The notes beneath the pieces were generated by a model, which saw only the letters and a program-made list of their open reading frames with translations, made no database searches and was not told the origin of the DNA. A stretch of DNA of 64,000 nt from a virus. Below are positions 9,711 through 19,719 of this stretch, piece after piece. Position 1 is the stretch's first letter. Every line of letters begins with the position of its first letter. The stretch is taken from positions 17,123 through 81,122 of IMG/VR virus record IMGVR_UViG_3300041407_000094; one strand, 5' to 3'. Both the position numbers and the translations under genes were made by a program.

Positions 9711-10945
9711 CAGACATACAAATCGTAGATGCAATATGTGGTGCAGGTAAAACAACTTGGGTGTTTGATCATATGCGCAGGCATCCAGATAAGAAGTGGA
9801 TATTTGTAAGTCCATATCTAGACGAAGCTGGTGATGGTGAACACAAAGGTCGTATTCAAGAAGAGCTTCCTGAGTTTGGATTTAGATCACCATCTAGCAC
9901 ACCAAGTAAAACAAAAGACTTCTTACGCCTTGCACAGAAAGGAAAGAACATTGCTATTACCCACAAACTGTTCACAGGCTTTAGTCCTGAAGTGGCATTG
10001 GTTTTGAAGGAACAGAAATACCATCTTGTGATTGATGAAACTATAGACCTTGTTTCATTCTATGAAGACATCAGCCACGAGGATGTTAAGTTTCTTATTC
10101 TTGCCGGAATGGTTAAGTGTGGTGATAAAGGACTCCTTACATGGAATAATGAGCTATGGCCTAATTATACAGGTAGGGATATTAGAATCAAAGAACTCTG
10201 CGAACTAGGTTGTCTGTGGCTTTACGGAGAGAATGTATTGATTCAACGTATCCCACCAACTTGTATGAAAGCTTGTGAATCTGTTATCATCCTTACCTAT
10301 TTGTTTGAAGCCAGTCTTATGCACTGCTGGATGCAGCTCAATGAAATGGACTGGAGATACTTACAACCACAAGAGATGAGGTTAACATCAGACATAAAGA
10401 AGATAATCAGAAACAAGATACATCTGATTGAACCTCCTAAACTTGTAAAGGACTTGCAACGTACTGAATACGGAGCACCAATACTCAATCCATTCAATGT
10501 CACTTGGTACAAGGATAATGAACCAATACTAGAAAGAGTTAAGAAGAGTATTGAAAGCACACTGAAAGATGATATGGATAAGGGTAATGTCTTCTGGACA
10601 ACCTTTAAAGAATGGGAGTCAGACCTTGCAGGTGTAGGTTATAAGAGATCTAGGAAAGTAGAAGGTAAACTTAGAAAACCCTTTGTACCTAAGAATATGA
10701 GAGCTTCTAACGAATACAGAGATTGTACTAACTGTATTTACACAATCAATATCTATCCTCATGGTAGTTTAGAAAGCCACTTGAGGGCATTTGGTATTGT
10801 GCTAGATAGAGATCTGTATGCATTGTCTGAAGTCGTTCAGTTTATCTTTAGGGGCAGTATTAGGGAACATAAAGACATGTACCTCTATATCTTATCGGAT
10901 AGAATGAGGACTTTAGTGAGTAATTGGTTACAAGAGGATTACTAA
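9707..10945 (+). CDS. SF2-like (DEAD-related) helicase, possible origin-binding protein
   Basis: Walker A DAICGAGKT, Walker B LVIDE, late motif QFIFRGSIR. Confidence 0.7.
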   Translation: MTDIQIVDAICGAGKTTWVFDHMRRHPDKKWIFVSPYLDEAGDGEHKGRIQEELPEFGFRSPSSTPSKTKDFLRLAQKGKNIAITHKLFTGFSPEVALVLKEQKYHLVIDETIDLVSFYEDISHEDVKFLILAGMVKCGDKGLLTWNNELWPNYTGRDIRIKELCELGCLWLYGENVLIQRIPPTCMKACESVIILTYLFEASLMHCWMQLNEMDWRYLQPQEMRLTSDIKKIIRNKIHLIEPPKLVKDLQRTEYGAPILNPFNVTWYKDNEPILERVKKSIESTLKDDMDKGNVFWTTFKEWESDLAGVGYKRSRKVEGKLRKPFVPKNMRASNEYRDCTNCIYTINIYPHGSLESHLRAFGIVLDRDLYALSEVVQFIFRGSIREHKDMYLYILSDRMRTLVSNWLQEDY

Positions 10946-11647
10946 TCTCATATCTAGTATTGGTGTTTACTCTAATTGGAATACGTTCGAGATGGAGTAA
11001 AATATCTACACCCCTTGTAAACAAAGGCTTTCACAGCAAAACCCCTTATAGATTTTATATTAACAAAATATAGGTTGGTAACTTAATATCACCAACTCCC
11101 CTCTGGAATAGGACTAGCTTTCAACTAGTAGTCCTAATTTTCTGTATCTTAAATATGTGTAAGATCCTTATAAGCCTTTGAAATTACTAGATATTTAGAC
11201 TAGGTGTTTAGCAAGGGTAACACACCCCGTTTTAACATGCAAGAGGAATTTAAAATATTGGAGACTTCGCCGACGAACGGTCTACCTAGACTGCATGCAC
11301 CTATCGTACCAACTAAACTACCACCTGTCGCCTAAACTAAATGTCTTGACAGGAGCACTGACCTATGGATGTAACAGCTTAGCTTGCTATGGGAACGTGT
11401 AACATGGATTATGTTCAAGTAATACTATAACACTACTGACCAGTCACCCTGAACAGACTACATATGTCAACCATAATAATCTCCTCTGCACAACTAGCAC
11501 ACTTCACTAGCTTAAGTCAATGTATTGTGATGTTTGTGAGCAAGGATTGGCTAAGAGATGGGTGGAATGGAATCGTTACAGGGGGAAGCAGCGACAAGAG
11601 CGTCTGTGCTTAACTACCAAAGGTAGTCTCGCATACTTACAGATGAC

Positions 11648-11741
11648 TATAAAGTGACTAAAACACTCTTATCAGTCACATTGGAGACTAAGTAGAATAA
11701 AGCTTTGACAGGATTTGTTAGTGTTTATAAAGTGACTAAAA
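11648..11741 (+). repeat. 16-bp direct repeat TATAAAGTGACTAAAA (2 copies)
   Basis: Exact copies at 11648-11663 and 11726-11741. Confidence 0.85.
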
Positions 11742-11770
11742 GAAGAGGTGTAGTCATATTTAAGACAACA

Positions 11771-11796
11771 TAAAGCCGACTCTTTAGTCGGCTTAG
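11771..11796 (-). terminator. intrinsic terminator ending the leftward early region
   Basis: AAGCCGACT/AGTCGGCTT stem just downstream of the last minus-strand ORF. Confidence 0.7.
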
Positions 11797-11814
11797 AATT
11801 ACCCTGCTAGAGTG

Positions 11815-11967
11815 TCAGACTACAACTTCCTTCACTAACCAGTCTTCAGGATCGTCTACAGACTGTTTGACTATCTCCACAGCCTGCTGTGCAGTACTGG
11901 CTTGAACAGCCTGAGAGTGGGTGACAGAGCTGAACTGGTTGATTAGGGTGATTGTATAAGTAGTCAT
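11815..11967 (-). CDS. 50-aa hypothetical early protein
   Basis: Below track cutoff; MTTYTITLINQF...; has its own promoter at 12001-12029. Confidence 0.65.
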   Translation of the reverse strand: MTTYTITLINQFSSVTHSQAVQASTAQQAVEIVKQSVDDPEDWLVKEVVV

Positions 11968-12000
11968 TTTGTTTAATCTCTGTTTGTCTTTGGTGTTTAG

Positions 12001-12029
12001 AGTGTAGCCCTCTTTCGAGGGCTTGTAAA
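12001..12029 (-). promoter_or_regulatory. sigma70 promoter with a hairpin as its spacer
   Basis: TTTACA-aGCCCTC GAAA GAGGGC-TACACT (17-bp spacer). Confidence 0.75.
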
Positions 12030-12283
12030 CACTTATCTTAGATCTTTAGCACCATTTACAACCTCTTGTGCAGCCTTTTTGTTGGTCATTTGAACTTTAC
12101 GGCTTGCATTCAGGTGACTGTACTCTCCAGTTGCCCGTGCAGCATTGATTGCAGATGTAGGACCAATTGAGTCAATGATGAATGCCACTTTAGAGGTCTC
12201 ATATTCACCGGCTTTGTAGAGTTCAACGAAGTAGATGGTCATTTTCGTATTCCTTTCAGGAGGTTTTCTTTGTCTGTGTGGTT

Positions 12284-12311
12284 AGTATAACAGACTAGAG
12301 ACCTCCGTCAA
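12284..12311 (-). promoter_or_regulatory. sigma70 promoter
   Basis: TTGACG-16-TATACT with extended -10 TG. Confidence 0.7.
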
Positions 12312-12690
12312 GAACTATTTTCATGTTTTTACTCATTGGTTTGACACAACAATAACAGCTTCTCTAGCAGTTCATCGGGGTTACTGTCTTGATCAAAACA
12401 CATAGGTACGACCTGTGATACCAATCTTTTTATCTCGTCAAGTTCGTTAGTCAGCGAGACGATCTTTTGGTCTATGTTATCAGGGTTGTCTGAATAGGAA
12501 CCGAAAGCAATGGGGTTTGCAGGAACTCCGTTTTGTAGTTTAAGGTGCTCAAAACTGGAGGAGTTGAGATTGCAAACTAATTCTCCGTTCACCCAGACTT
12601 CCCGGCACTTAGTTTTCCGGTTATCGAAAGTGCCTTCTAAGTATTCATTCATATTTGATCTTCCTAATTAGTGTTTCGTTCTGATGCCTC

Positions 12691-12719
12691 ATTGTAAGAG
12701 AATTTATCTACCCTGTAAA
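12691..12719 (-). promoter_or_regulatory. sigma70 promoter
   Basis: TTTACA-17-TACAAT with AT-rich upstream element. Confidence 0.7.
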
Positions 12720-13221
12720 CAACTATTTTCAATTTATTTTAAAGCTTTCAGAGGCTCAAAGAGCCTCAAACCTAATAGGATATTCAGGCTTTGCCTGTTC
12801 CATCCATTCTCACAAAGCTTCGAATCGGATTGGCGTGTATTCAGCATAGTCATTACTCATCATAGTGAATTGCTCATACATCTCAGCACGTTCAACATGG
12901 AGGGACTTTTACCATTGTTTCAATACAGACCGTACACTAGACACATCATCAATGAGAGAATGCAGCTTCTCAACAGCTTCCCACTCACTAAATGCACAAA
13001 CAAGAATCCACAAATGACCTTTGCAATAGCTAGTGTCGTAATTCAAGATAAACATGATATTAGCTCCAGTATTGAACAGTGAAAGAATCAGCATTATTCT
13101 TAGTGAAGTAGGCTTTGTAGCCTTCACCTTTCAATTCAGCTACCAAGGAGATTGCTTGGGCTTCTGTGTAGCGTTCGATGTAGGTCATGATCTTTACTCT
13201 GTGTTTGGTTGGTATGTCTAG

Positions 13222-13250
13222 ATTGTAAGCCCCTTTCGAGGCTCTGTCAA
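13222..13250 (-). promoter_or_regulatory. sigma70 promoter with a hairpin as its spacer
   Basis: TTGACA-gAGCCTC GAAA GGGGCT-TACAAT (17-bp spacer). Confidence 0.8.
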
Positions 13251-13500
13251 CCACTCTTACAAAACTAAATCATTCTCTGAGTCAGCACCACGGACATATT
13301 TGCCATCAAAAGTGTAGTAGGCGATACGATGAACCAAGCCATTGGTCTGCATAATCTTACCGAAGAAAGGGTAGAAATCATCACCCTTATCGTGCTCGAT
13401 GGTTACAGTCATACCAGATTTAGTTTTGTAGGTTTGGCCGATAGTGATCATGTTCTGTACTCTGTGTTGGTTGGGTTGAGCTTTCTGCTCTGTATGGCTC

Positions 13501-13529
13501 ATTATGAAGCTATCCACCACACCAGTCAA
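13501..13529 (-). promoter_or_regulatory. sigma70 promoter
   Basis: TTGACT-17-CATAAT. Confidence 0.7.
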
Positions 13530-13552
13530 CAATTATTTTAAGAAGTTTATAT

Positions 13553-13777
13553 TTATTTGGGGTCTTCTGGTAAGGGCATCCAGTGTGTAGGTGTGAAGCC
13601 AATAGGTCCATCACAAGGCAGCAATTCACCTGCACAGAAGTAGTGCCACTTGTCATCAATAAATTCACAATCTGTTAAGCGCATCTCAATTAAATCATAC
13701 TGAATGTGCCCGAATAAATCAACAGATTCTAATGATAAATCTACAGTTTCAATTGGTAGCCAGTCACTCATATTCAA
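13553..13777 (-). CDS. DUF551-like protein
   Basis: WLPIET ... PTHWMPLPEDPK signature. Confidence 0.7.
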   Translation of the reverse strand: MNMSDWLPIETVDLSLESVDLFGHIQYDLIEMRLTDCEFIDDKWHYFCAGELLPCDGPIGFTPTHWMPLPEDPK

Positions 13778-14891
13778 TCCCCTTGCCCATTTATCCCACT
13801 ATAATAATCCCCACCATGATTCCCTGTCCTTTTGCTCCATATGTCTTCAGCAGAATGTTCAGACAAGGTGTTTTCGATATTGTCCCAACTCATGTATTTA
13901 CTATTCCACTTGTGAAGCTTCTTAGACTTGATGTCTAGCCTGTAATCAGAGCCTAAGCTTTGATCATCACTATCTAGCTTAAAGTAAACTGTTGTATATG
14001 TCACCCATGTGCAAGTGAGAAAACTTGATTCATAGTAGTCGGCTTGGAGCTTGTATTTGGTGCCCTCTTGATAGTTCATGATTCAATCCTAAGATAATTG
14101 ATAGATCTTTTCTAGAACCAATTGTTTGATTGGTTGAGCATCAGGCTTGTAGTTTGTCTCCACTTGAACAGAGTAAACGTATGCAAACTCTTCACTTAGT
14201 TTCTTGTGAAGTAATTCAGGAATTTCTGTGACAAACTCGTATTGTTCTAGATACAAGTAGTCATCACCAGATTCTGTCTTTAAGGCTACAGCAGCATATT
14301 TAATCTTCATCTAAATTCTCCACTAGGTCAGGTATGATAGCGCGAAGCTTCCACATGTAGTACATACAGTTGTTTTCATTGTGAACAGGAACCAGTCACT
14401 CGGGAATCCACGTCAGAAATTGTTTGTCGGTCATTTGTTTTTCTCTTCCTTGATACGCATTGCATAACCCAGCATCATGTTGAAGTTGAAAGGAGTATAG
14501 CCATGGAATTCGCTAGTAGGCCATTCACCATCCATCTTAGTAATGCATTCTTCAATAGACATGGATTTCAAGTCTTCACAAGCTGCTTCATAGCCTTTAG
14601 CTTGGATTGCATCTTTCTCTTCGCGGGTCAGTTGGGTAGTCATGTCTTTAGTCTCTTTGGTTGGTGAGAGCTTTTCTCTCTTCTTGTGTCCATTCTACTC
14701 TATTGATGCGGACGTGCAAGCTTTATTTAAAAGAATTTCGATTTATTTGCGATGCAGTCATTAGGACTTTTCAATGAGTTTTATGTCTTGCAGCGATAGA
14801 CCAGTCTCTTCTAAAAAGTAATCTACCGCCTTTCTGACATCTGTATGCATGGATTTTACCCAAGTCCCGTTATATGCTGTAATCTTCCAGA

Positions 14892-15047
14892 TCATGCCTC
14901 TATCTCCCAATTCCGCTTAAGACTCCGCTCAGTACTATAGCTTCGCTTCTTGTCTTTACGATCTGTCTTATACTGGTCTGCACACTTGCGCTTAGAAGAA
15001 TGCTTGCGTTCATATTTCTGGCATGATTCTTGTGTGTAGGTGTTCAT
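14892..15047 (-). CDS. small basic protein (T7 gp1.1-like composition)
   Basis: Below cutoff; 51 aa, K/R-rich, ends KRNWEIEA; overlaps both neighbours. Confidence 0.5.
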   Translation of the reverse strand: MNTYTQESCQKYERKHSSKRKCADQYKTDRKDKKRSYSTERSLKRNWEIEA

Positions 15048-15645
15048 TACATCCAATCCTCGTTTACATCACCAAAAGTAAAATGACCAACATCACGCAA
15101 TTCCTTGAGTGCTTCAGCAATCACATAGGCCCGATAGCTTCCATTGTGATGATTCTCATCAAGAAGGAACAATTCAATAGCTGAAGACTTCAAAGCTTCT
15201 GGAAGATTCATACTAGCCTCTTTCGCATAGGGTGTCAACTCAAGCACCTTAGACCAAACATACTCTCTTGACCATTTCATTTCAACATCTCCGATTCAAT
15301 CATCTGTTTTGTATTATACATTGGAACACATGGAGTGTCTGACGTAGGAAGACAGACCCATTGCCCATTGTCACGGAATAATTTAGCACGTGTGCCTTGG
15401 GAAAGGAAGAGAAAAGCTTGTTGGAAGGTTGTTTGATAGTTTGTCATTATTGTTCTTCCAAGTGTACGCAGTTAGCAAGGTTTGTATAGTCTTGAGTGAT
15501 AGTTGTGACAGCCGTAAGTTTAGGAGTTCCCATAGGACTACGAACTTCATCAAAACGCTTAAAAGCTTCTTGGACATCTGTAAACTCTTCCGACCAAGAA
15601 TCGTGGATTTCTAATACATATTTGATTGTGGTTGTATTATCCATG

Positions 15646-16272
15646 TTACACCTCTTTAAGAGTCTTAATGTATCGTTTGGTTGCTTGGCTGTAGTGTATC
15701 AAAGCTTTAGTGGTCTTGCAAGCAATCTGTAAAATCTTTTTAAAACTATTTGTGTGGGGAAGATCCTCGATGAAATCGGACATCCAGCTCACTCCACAAG
15801 GTGTGGCTACCTCTGTGTGGGTGTACTCTACATCAGACGTTTCATAGGCACTTTCTACGCCAACTTCGTCTGTTTCCTCACGAATTGGACGGACACTTGT
15901 AGCTTTCTTAAGAAGCTCTTCAGCCCTATCACGTTTGACGATTAAAATGTCACGTAATTTTGAATAGGTGTGAATGTCCATCCCGGCTTTACGTTCGGCT
16001 TCAAGTTCGATGAGTTGTTCTGTCAACACACGAACCCGGCGTTGCTGAGGTAAGATGCGATCAACCAAAGGGATGGAAGTCTTACGTTTCTCTTTGTTAG
16101 CTTCAAGTGCAGCATCAGAGAAAGCTTCTACTCGGGCCCTCCCATTTTTATCAAATGTGCTGAAGTCAACCGAACGATCACCGCGATACTGGTCATTTCC
16201 GCCGGACCAAAGTCCATGCTCTTCGCAGCTATTTAGAAAACTTGGTTGTATGTACATGCGAGTCATTATCAT
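15646..16272 (-). CDS. hypothetical early protein
   Basis: Long ORF; AGGAG precedes the ATG at 16272, downstream of the promoter at 16306-16334. Confidence 0.75.
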   Translation of the reverse strand: MIMTRMYIQPSFLNSCEEHGLWSGGNDQYRGDRSVDFSTFDKNGRARVEAFSDAALEANKEKRKTSIPLVDRILPQQRRVRVLTEQLIELEAERKAGMDIHTYSKLRDILIVKRDRAEELLKKATSVRPIREETDEVGVESAYETSDVEYTHTEVATPCGVSWMSDFIEDLPHTNSFKKILQIACKTTKALIHYSQATKRYIKTLKEV

Positions 16273-16305
16273 TCTCCTGAAGCTTTGTTTGTTCCTGTTG
16301 TGATG

Positions 16306-16343
16306 ATTGTATAACAACGCAGAAAGGAGCACAAGGCTCCTTT
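16306..16343 (-). terminator. terminator hairpin overlapping a -35 box, with promoter
   Basis: AAAGGAGC-CTTGT-GCTCCTTT; TTGTGC-17-TACAAT. Confidence 0.6.
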
Positions 16344-16353
16344 AAGGTTTATT

Positions 16354-17127
16354 TTAGTCATCTATTGAGATTTCCCATGACAGTAAGGCTTGGTAAGCCC
16401 TTGGGTCAATTTGATCCTTATAGATTTCAGCCGCTTCCTTGATCACACGTTCTTTGTTCGTTTTGTAGAACATAAAAGCTTCGTTCACTGTCCAAAACCT
16501 TTTAAGTTTCTTTGACCCACTAAACTCATTGAATTGTGCTGTGAATTGGTTTCGGCCTTTACCTTTATGTACACCAATAGGGTATTCACCCCGCCCACCA
16601 ATTCGGGTAACAATTAGCATATTCAAATCGTGGGGTAGCATCACACAGGTGTCTGGCCCATAAACTTTATTACCTTTGAATAAAAGATCCTTGTCAATGT
16701 TCCACATGTTGTTGCCCCAACCTATGGCAGACTCTGACCAGTCTCCAAAATCTTGAAAGCACTCCCACTGTGAATCGACAGAACAACCTCTGTATGTTGG
16801 TTTCTGAATTAGAAATTTCTCCGAATGACATCGATTATAAAGGCCCTTCCATGTAGAATACTCTAATGTGTGTACGCCAGAGGCTAGTGGTATGTGCTTA
16901 CCAATGCCGACATAGCCCCTACCATATACGGACGGCTTGTATGGATTATAAAGCTTACCGTTACTAAGATTAGTCGTATTAACAACCTGTTCATAGCCAA
17001 CACCATCAAGCCACTTGACCAATACCCTTTGTTTGCCTAACCCTGACACTTCAAGTATCTGCACATCCACACCACAGTTTGTTGGATATACATCACCTAT
17101 AAAATACTTTCTTACTGTCACAAACAT
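16354..17127 (-). CDS. HNH-family homing endonuclease
   Basis: NPYKPSVYGRGY.G, W.CFQDF, IDKDLL.KGNKVYGPDTC..LP..LN. Confidence 0.85.
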   Translation of the reverse strand: MFVTVRKYFIGDVYPTNCGVDVQILEVSGLGKQRVLVKWLDGVGYEQVVNTTNLSNGKLYNPYKPSVYGRGYVGIGKHIPLASGVHTLEYSTWKGLYNRCHSEKFLIQKPTYRGCSVDSQWECFQDFGDWSESAIGWGNNMWNIDKDLLFKGNKVYGPDTCVMLPHDLNMLIVTRIGGRGEYPIGVHKGKGRNQFTAQFNEFSGSKKLKRFWTVNEAFMFYKTNKERVIKEAAEIYKDQIDPRAYQALLSWEISIDD

Positions 17128-17130
17128 CTC

Positions 17131-17337
17131 CTATAATTTCTTAGATATATTTCCACACACTGAGCAACGCACGGAGCCACTGCACAACATCATTAAAATG
17201 TAGACAGGTAATGCCAACAGACCGGTTAGTAGGGTCAAGACCAACCCTACAAAGTGCCCACCGCCGGATAACCCAGACTTAATACCCACCCGGTTTGCCT
17301 TGCAAGACTTACAGAAACACATCACTTGACTGCTCAT
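17131..17337 (-). CDS. membrane-anchored zinc-ribbon (LITAF-like) protein
   Basis: CxxC - hydrophobic segment - CxxCG. Confidence 0.55.
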   Translation of the reverse strand: MSSQVMCFCKSCKANRVGIKSGLSGGGHFVGLVLTLLTGLLALPVYILMMLCSGSVRCSVCGNISKKL

Positions 17338-17766
17338 TCTATATCACCTCAATCAATTCAGTTGTATACCAATTCTGTAGCCACTGGCCCTTACCATCAT
17401 CAAAAAGTATAGTGGCTGTTTCATTGTCCTGTCCTACGTTGTTAAAGGTTATCTCTTTAACCTCACAAGCGGATTTGAATTTGCTGCCACCTACATGGGT
17501 GAACACCTTATCACCGGGTTGAAGCTCGCCTATAAGCTTTTTGATGATCACACTCCAAACCGATTAGTCAGCATGCGATCACGAGTGGCGTTGCTTGCTG
17601 AAGCACCGTAGTGGGTCTTGGAAGACAAGGCTGCATAGGCGGCTACAGCTTGTTCGTTAGAAAGGATGCCAGCTTTGAGGGCTGCTTCTACACGGGCTTT
17701 GAGTTGGGACATGTTCATGGTTGTTGCTCCGGTTGGTTTAGAAGCTTTCTGCTTCCTATGTCTTAG

Positions 17767-17795
17767 AGTTTAGGGTATCTAGAAAGTCCTGTCAA
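17767..17795 (-). promoter_or_regulatory. sigma70 promoter
   Basis: TTGACA-17-TAAACT upstream of a 56-aa ORF (MNMSQLKARVEAALKAG...). Confidence 0.75.
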
Positions 17796-17951
17796 CGCCT
17801 ATTTTCATTTTATTTAACTCCTGCGAGTACCGAGGCAACCAGCACAGATGTCAGCGTAGCCACAATCATCCAGAAAATCACTTCACATACAAAGTCAGTA
17901 ATGTTCATCTCAATCACCTTGGTTTGTTTGGTTTCTTACTCTATTGTGGTA

Positions 17952-17987
17952 ATTCTAGGTCAACAAAAAGCCCCAGTCAAGGGGCTT
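17952..17987 (-). terminator. intrinsic terminator whose loop is a -35 box, with promoter
   Basis: AAGCCCC-TTGACT-GGGGCTT-TTT; TAGAAT lies 17 bp after TTGACT. Confidence 0.75.
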
Positions 17988-18735
17988 GGTGTAAATCTTT
18001 TCACTTATTCACTAGGTTTTAACACCTGTTTGCAACTCTCTGAGATAACAAGTAGCTTCGAACGATTCTCAATGCTACTTTGACTAATCACTTCTGTCAG
18101 CTCAACGATCCCTTCCACCACTTCAACAAATTTCTCAAGCTGTTGTTTTAGCTGATCTATTTCCTGTTGCTGCAAGTCAAACAACTCATTCATCAGTTGC
18201 ATGCGTTCGGCAGTGTCGTCTGTTTGCGGTTGGATTTCAATAACGTTTTCATAACATTTGTAGATGTCTACGGGGATCAGAGCGGTTACTGTGTATTCAC
18301 TATCCTCCAACGCCCACGAAGCCTCGTTAATGTCTCGGATGAAGAGTGAACGATTATCCCTTTCTACTAAATAACCTTTGACATTAGTCATGGTCTGATC
18401 CTCAATTTTCGCGCCGGATAGTCTTGAATGCATCGGTCAAATACCGTTTGATTCTGCGCTTTCCATCTTTGAGACGGAACACTGAGTAGCCTTGATTGTT
18501 GTCAAGCTTGGTAATCGTACCAAGAAACAATCCACTATCGTTAAACACACGGCGGACTTTGCCGGGGTTGATTGTGCTGAAAGTGCTTTTGATCTGTGTG
18601 ACTGCCATGATTTTGTACTCTCTATTAAGGTTAGGTTAACAGACTAAAAGTTTTGCTCTACTTTTACTGCTGTGCCTCCCTGTTCGCCGAGACTTCTTTG
18701 TTACTCGGCTGCTTGCATCTCCCTTCTGTGACTTA

Positions 18736-18764
18736 ATAGTATGCGAGCCTGATCATGGCGTCAA
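18736..18764 (-). promoter_or_regulatory. sigma70 promoter with a long structured leader
   Basis: TTGACG-17-TACTAT; ~120-nt leader to the ATG at 18608 contains a GCCGAG/CTCGGC stem. Confidence 0.65.
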
Positions 18765-19212
18765 GCTCTTCTGTCAAAATAAATCAAATTATTTCAAACC
18801 TATCAATCGTTATAGATAAGTCCTTGATTTACCAGCACTTGCTCAATACTCCCAAGGCTGATAGCATAAGCTTTAGCCTCATCTGTAGGGTAAGCTGTAT
18901 CGAAATCAATATCCTCAGCAAACCACAGGTTGCTGTCTAGGAATCCTTCCAGTGTGCTGATAGGAAGGTTTGAATAAGCGAGACAATCCATCAGTGCTTC
19001 ATTGTGAACACCTTCTACTTTCAAGGATTCCAATACAGCTTTGATGGTAGAAACTTCGATTCTTGCGATCATTTTAAGCTCCATTAATGTTGTGTGTTGA
19101 CTCGTTTGTGTTACAGATCTACAGAGTGTGTTGCTTTGGTGAATCACCCTGTAAGCGCCATGGTACAGCCTTTGGTTGCGAATACAAGATGTGATCCAAT
19201 ATATTTACACAT

Positions 19213-19719
19213 TTATTTTCCAATGATTCCTTGCAATTTCTCAGCTTGTTGCTGTAGATCCGTGATCTGTTGCATCAGAATGTCAAGCTGTTCTTGCTCA
19301 GCACTTTTACGACCAAAGATTTCAGCTTCAAATCCCTCTTGAACAGCACGGTAATCAATCAGATTAAATTTATCAGCAATAAATTTATTGTATGCCACTC
19401 CATCAGGGTCAACAAATGACTTAAGGGTTTTGTAAAGGCTGTAGCCAACAGTCCCATTTGCTCGTGCGCTGATTGCATAAAGCCAAGCTGCATCTTGTAA
19501 AGTCATCTCGATATTAATTTTGTCTTCACGTTTCATTTGTTTCTTCTCCTCAATAATTTCAAAATAAACATTAGGTAGAAAATAGCTGCCGTCAACCTTT
19601 AGCCCATCGTCGCACAATGCAACTACTTCATGAGTTTCTTTATTGTTCAAGAGGTAGTTGAACGCTGTCATACCCCTGTAGCCTTCTTTCACACGCACAG
19701 TATCACCAACGTTAAACAT
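19213..19719 (-). CDS. hypothetical protein (SH3-like N-terminus, coiled-coil C-terminus)
   Basis: MFNVGDTVRV start; AGGAG RBS. Confidence 0.65.
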   Translation of the reverse strand: MFNVGDTVRVKEGYRGMTAFNYLLNNKETHEVVALCDDGLKVDGSYFLPNVYFEIIEEKKQMKREDKINIEMTLQDAAWLYAISARANGTVGYSLYKTLKSFVDPDGVAYNKFIADKFNLIDYRAVQEGFEAEIFGRKSAEQEQLDILMQQITDLQQQAEKLQGIIGK

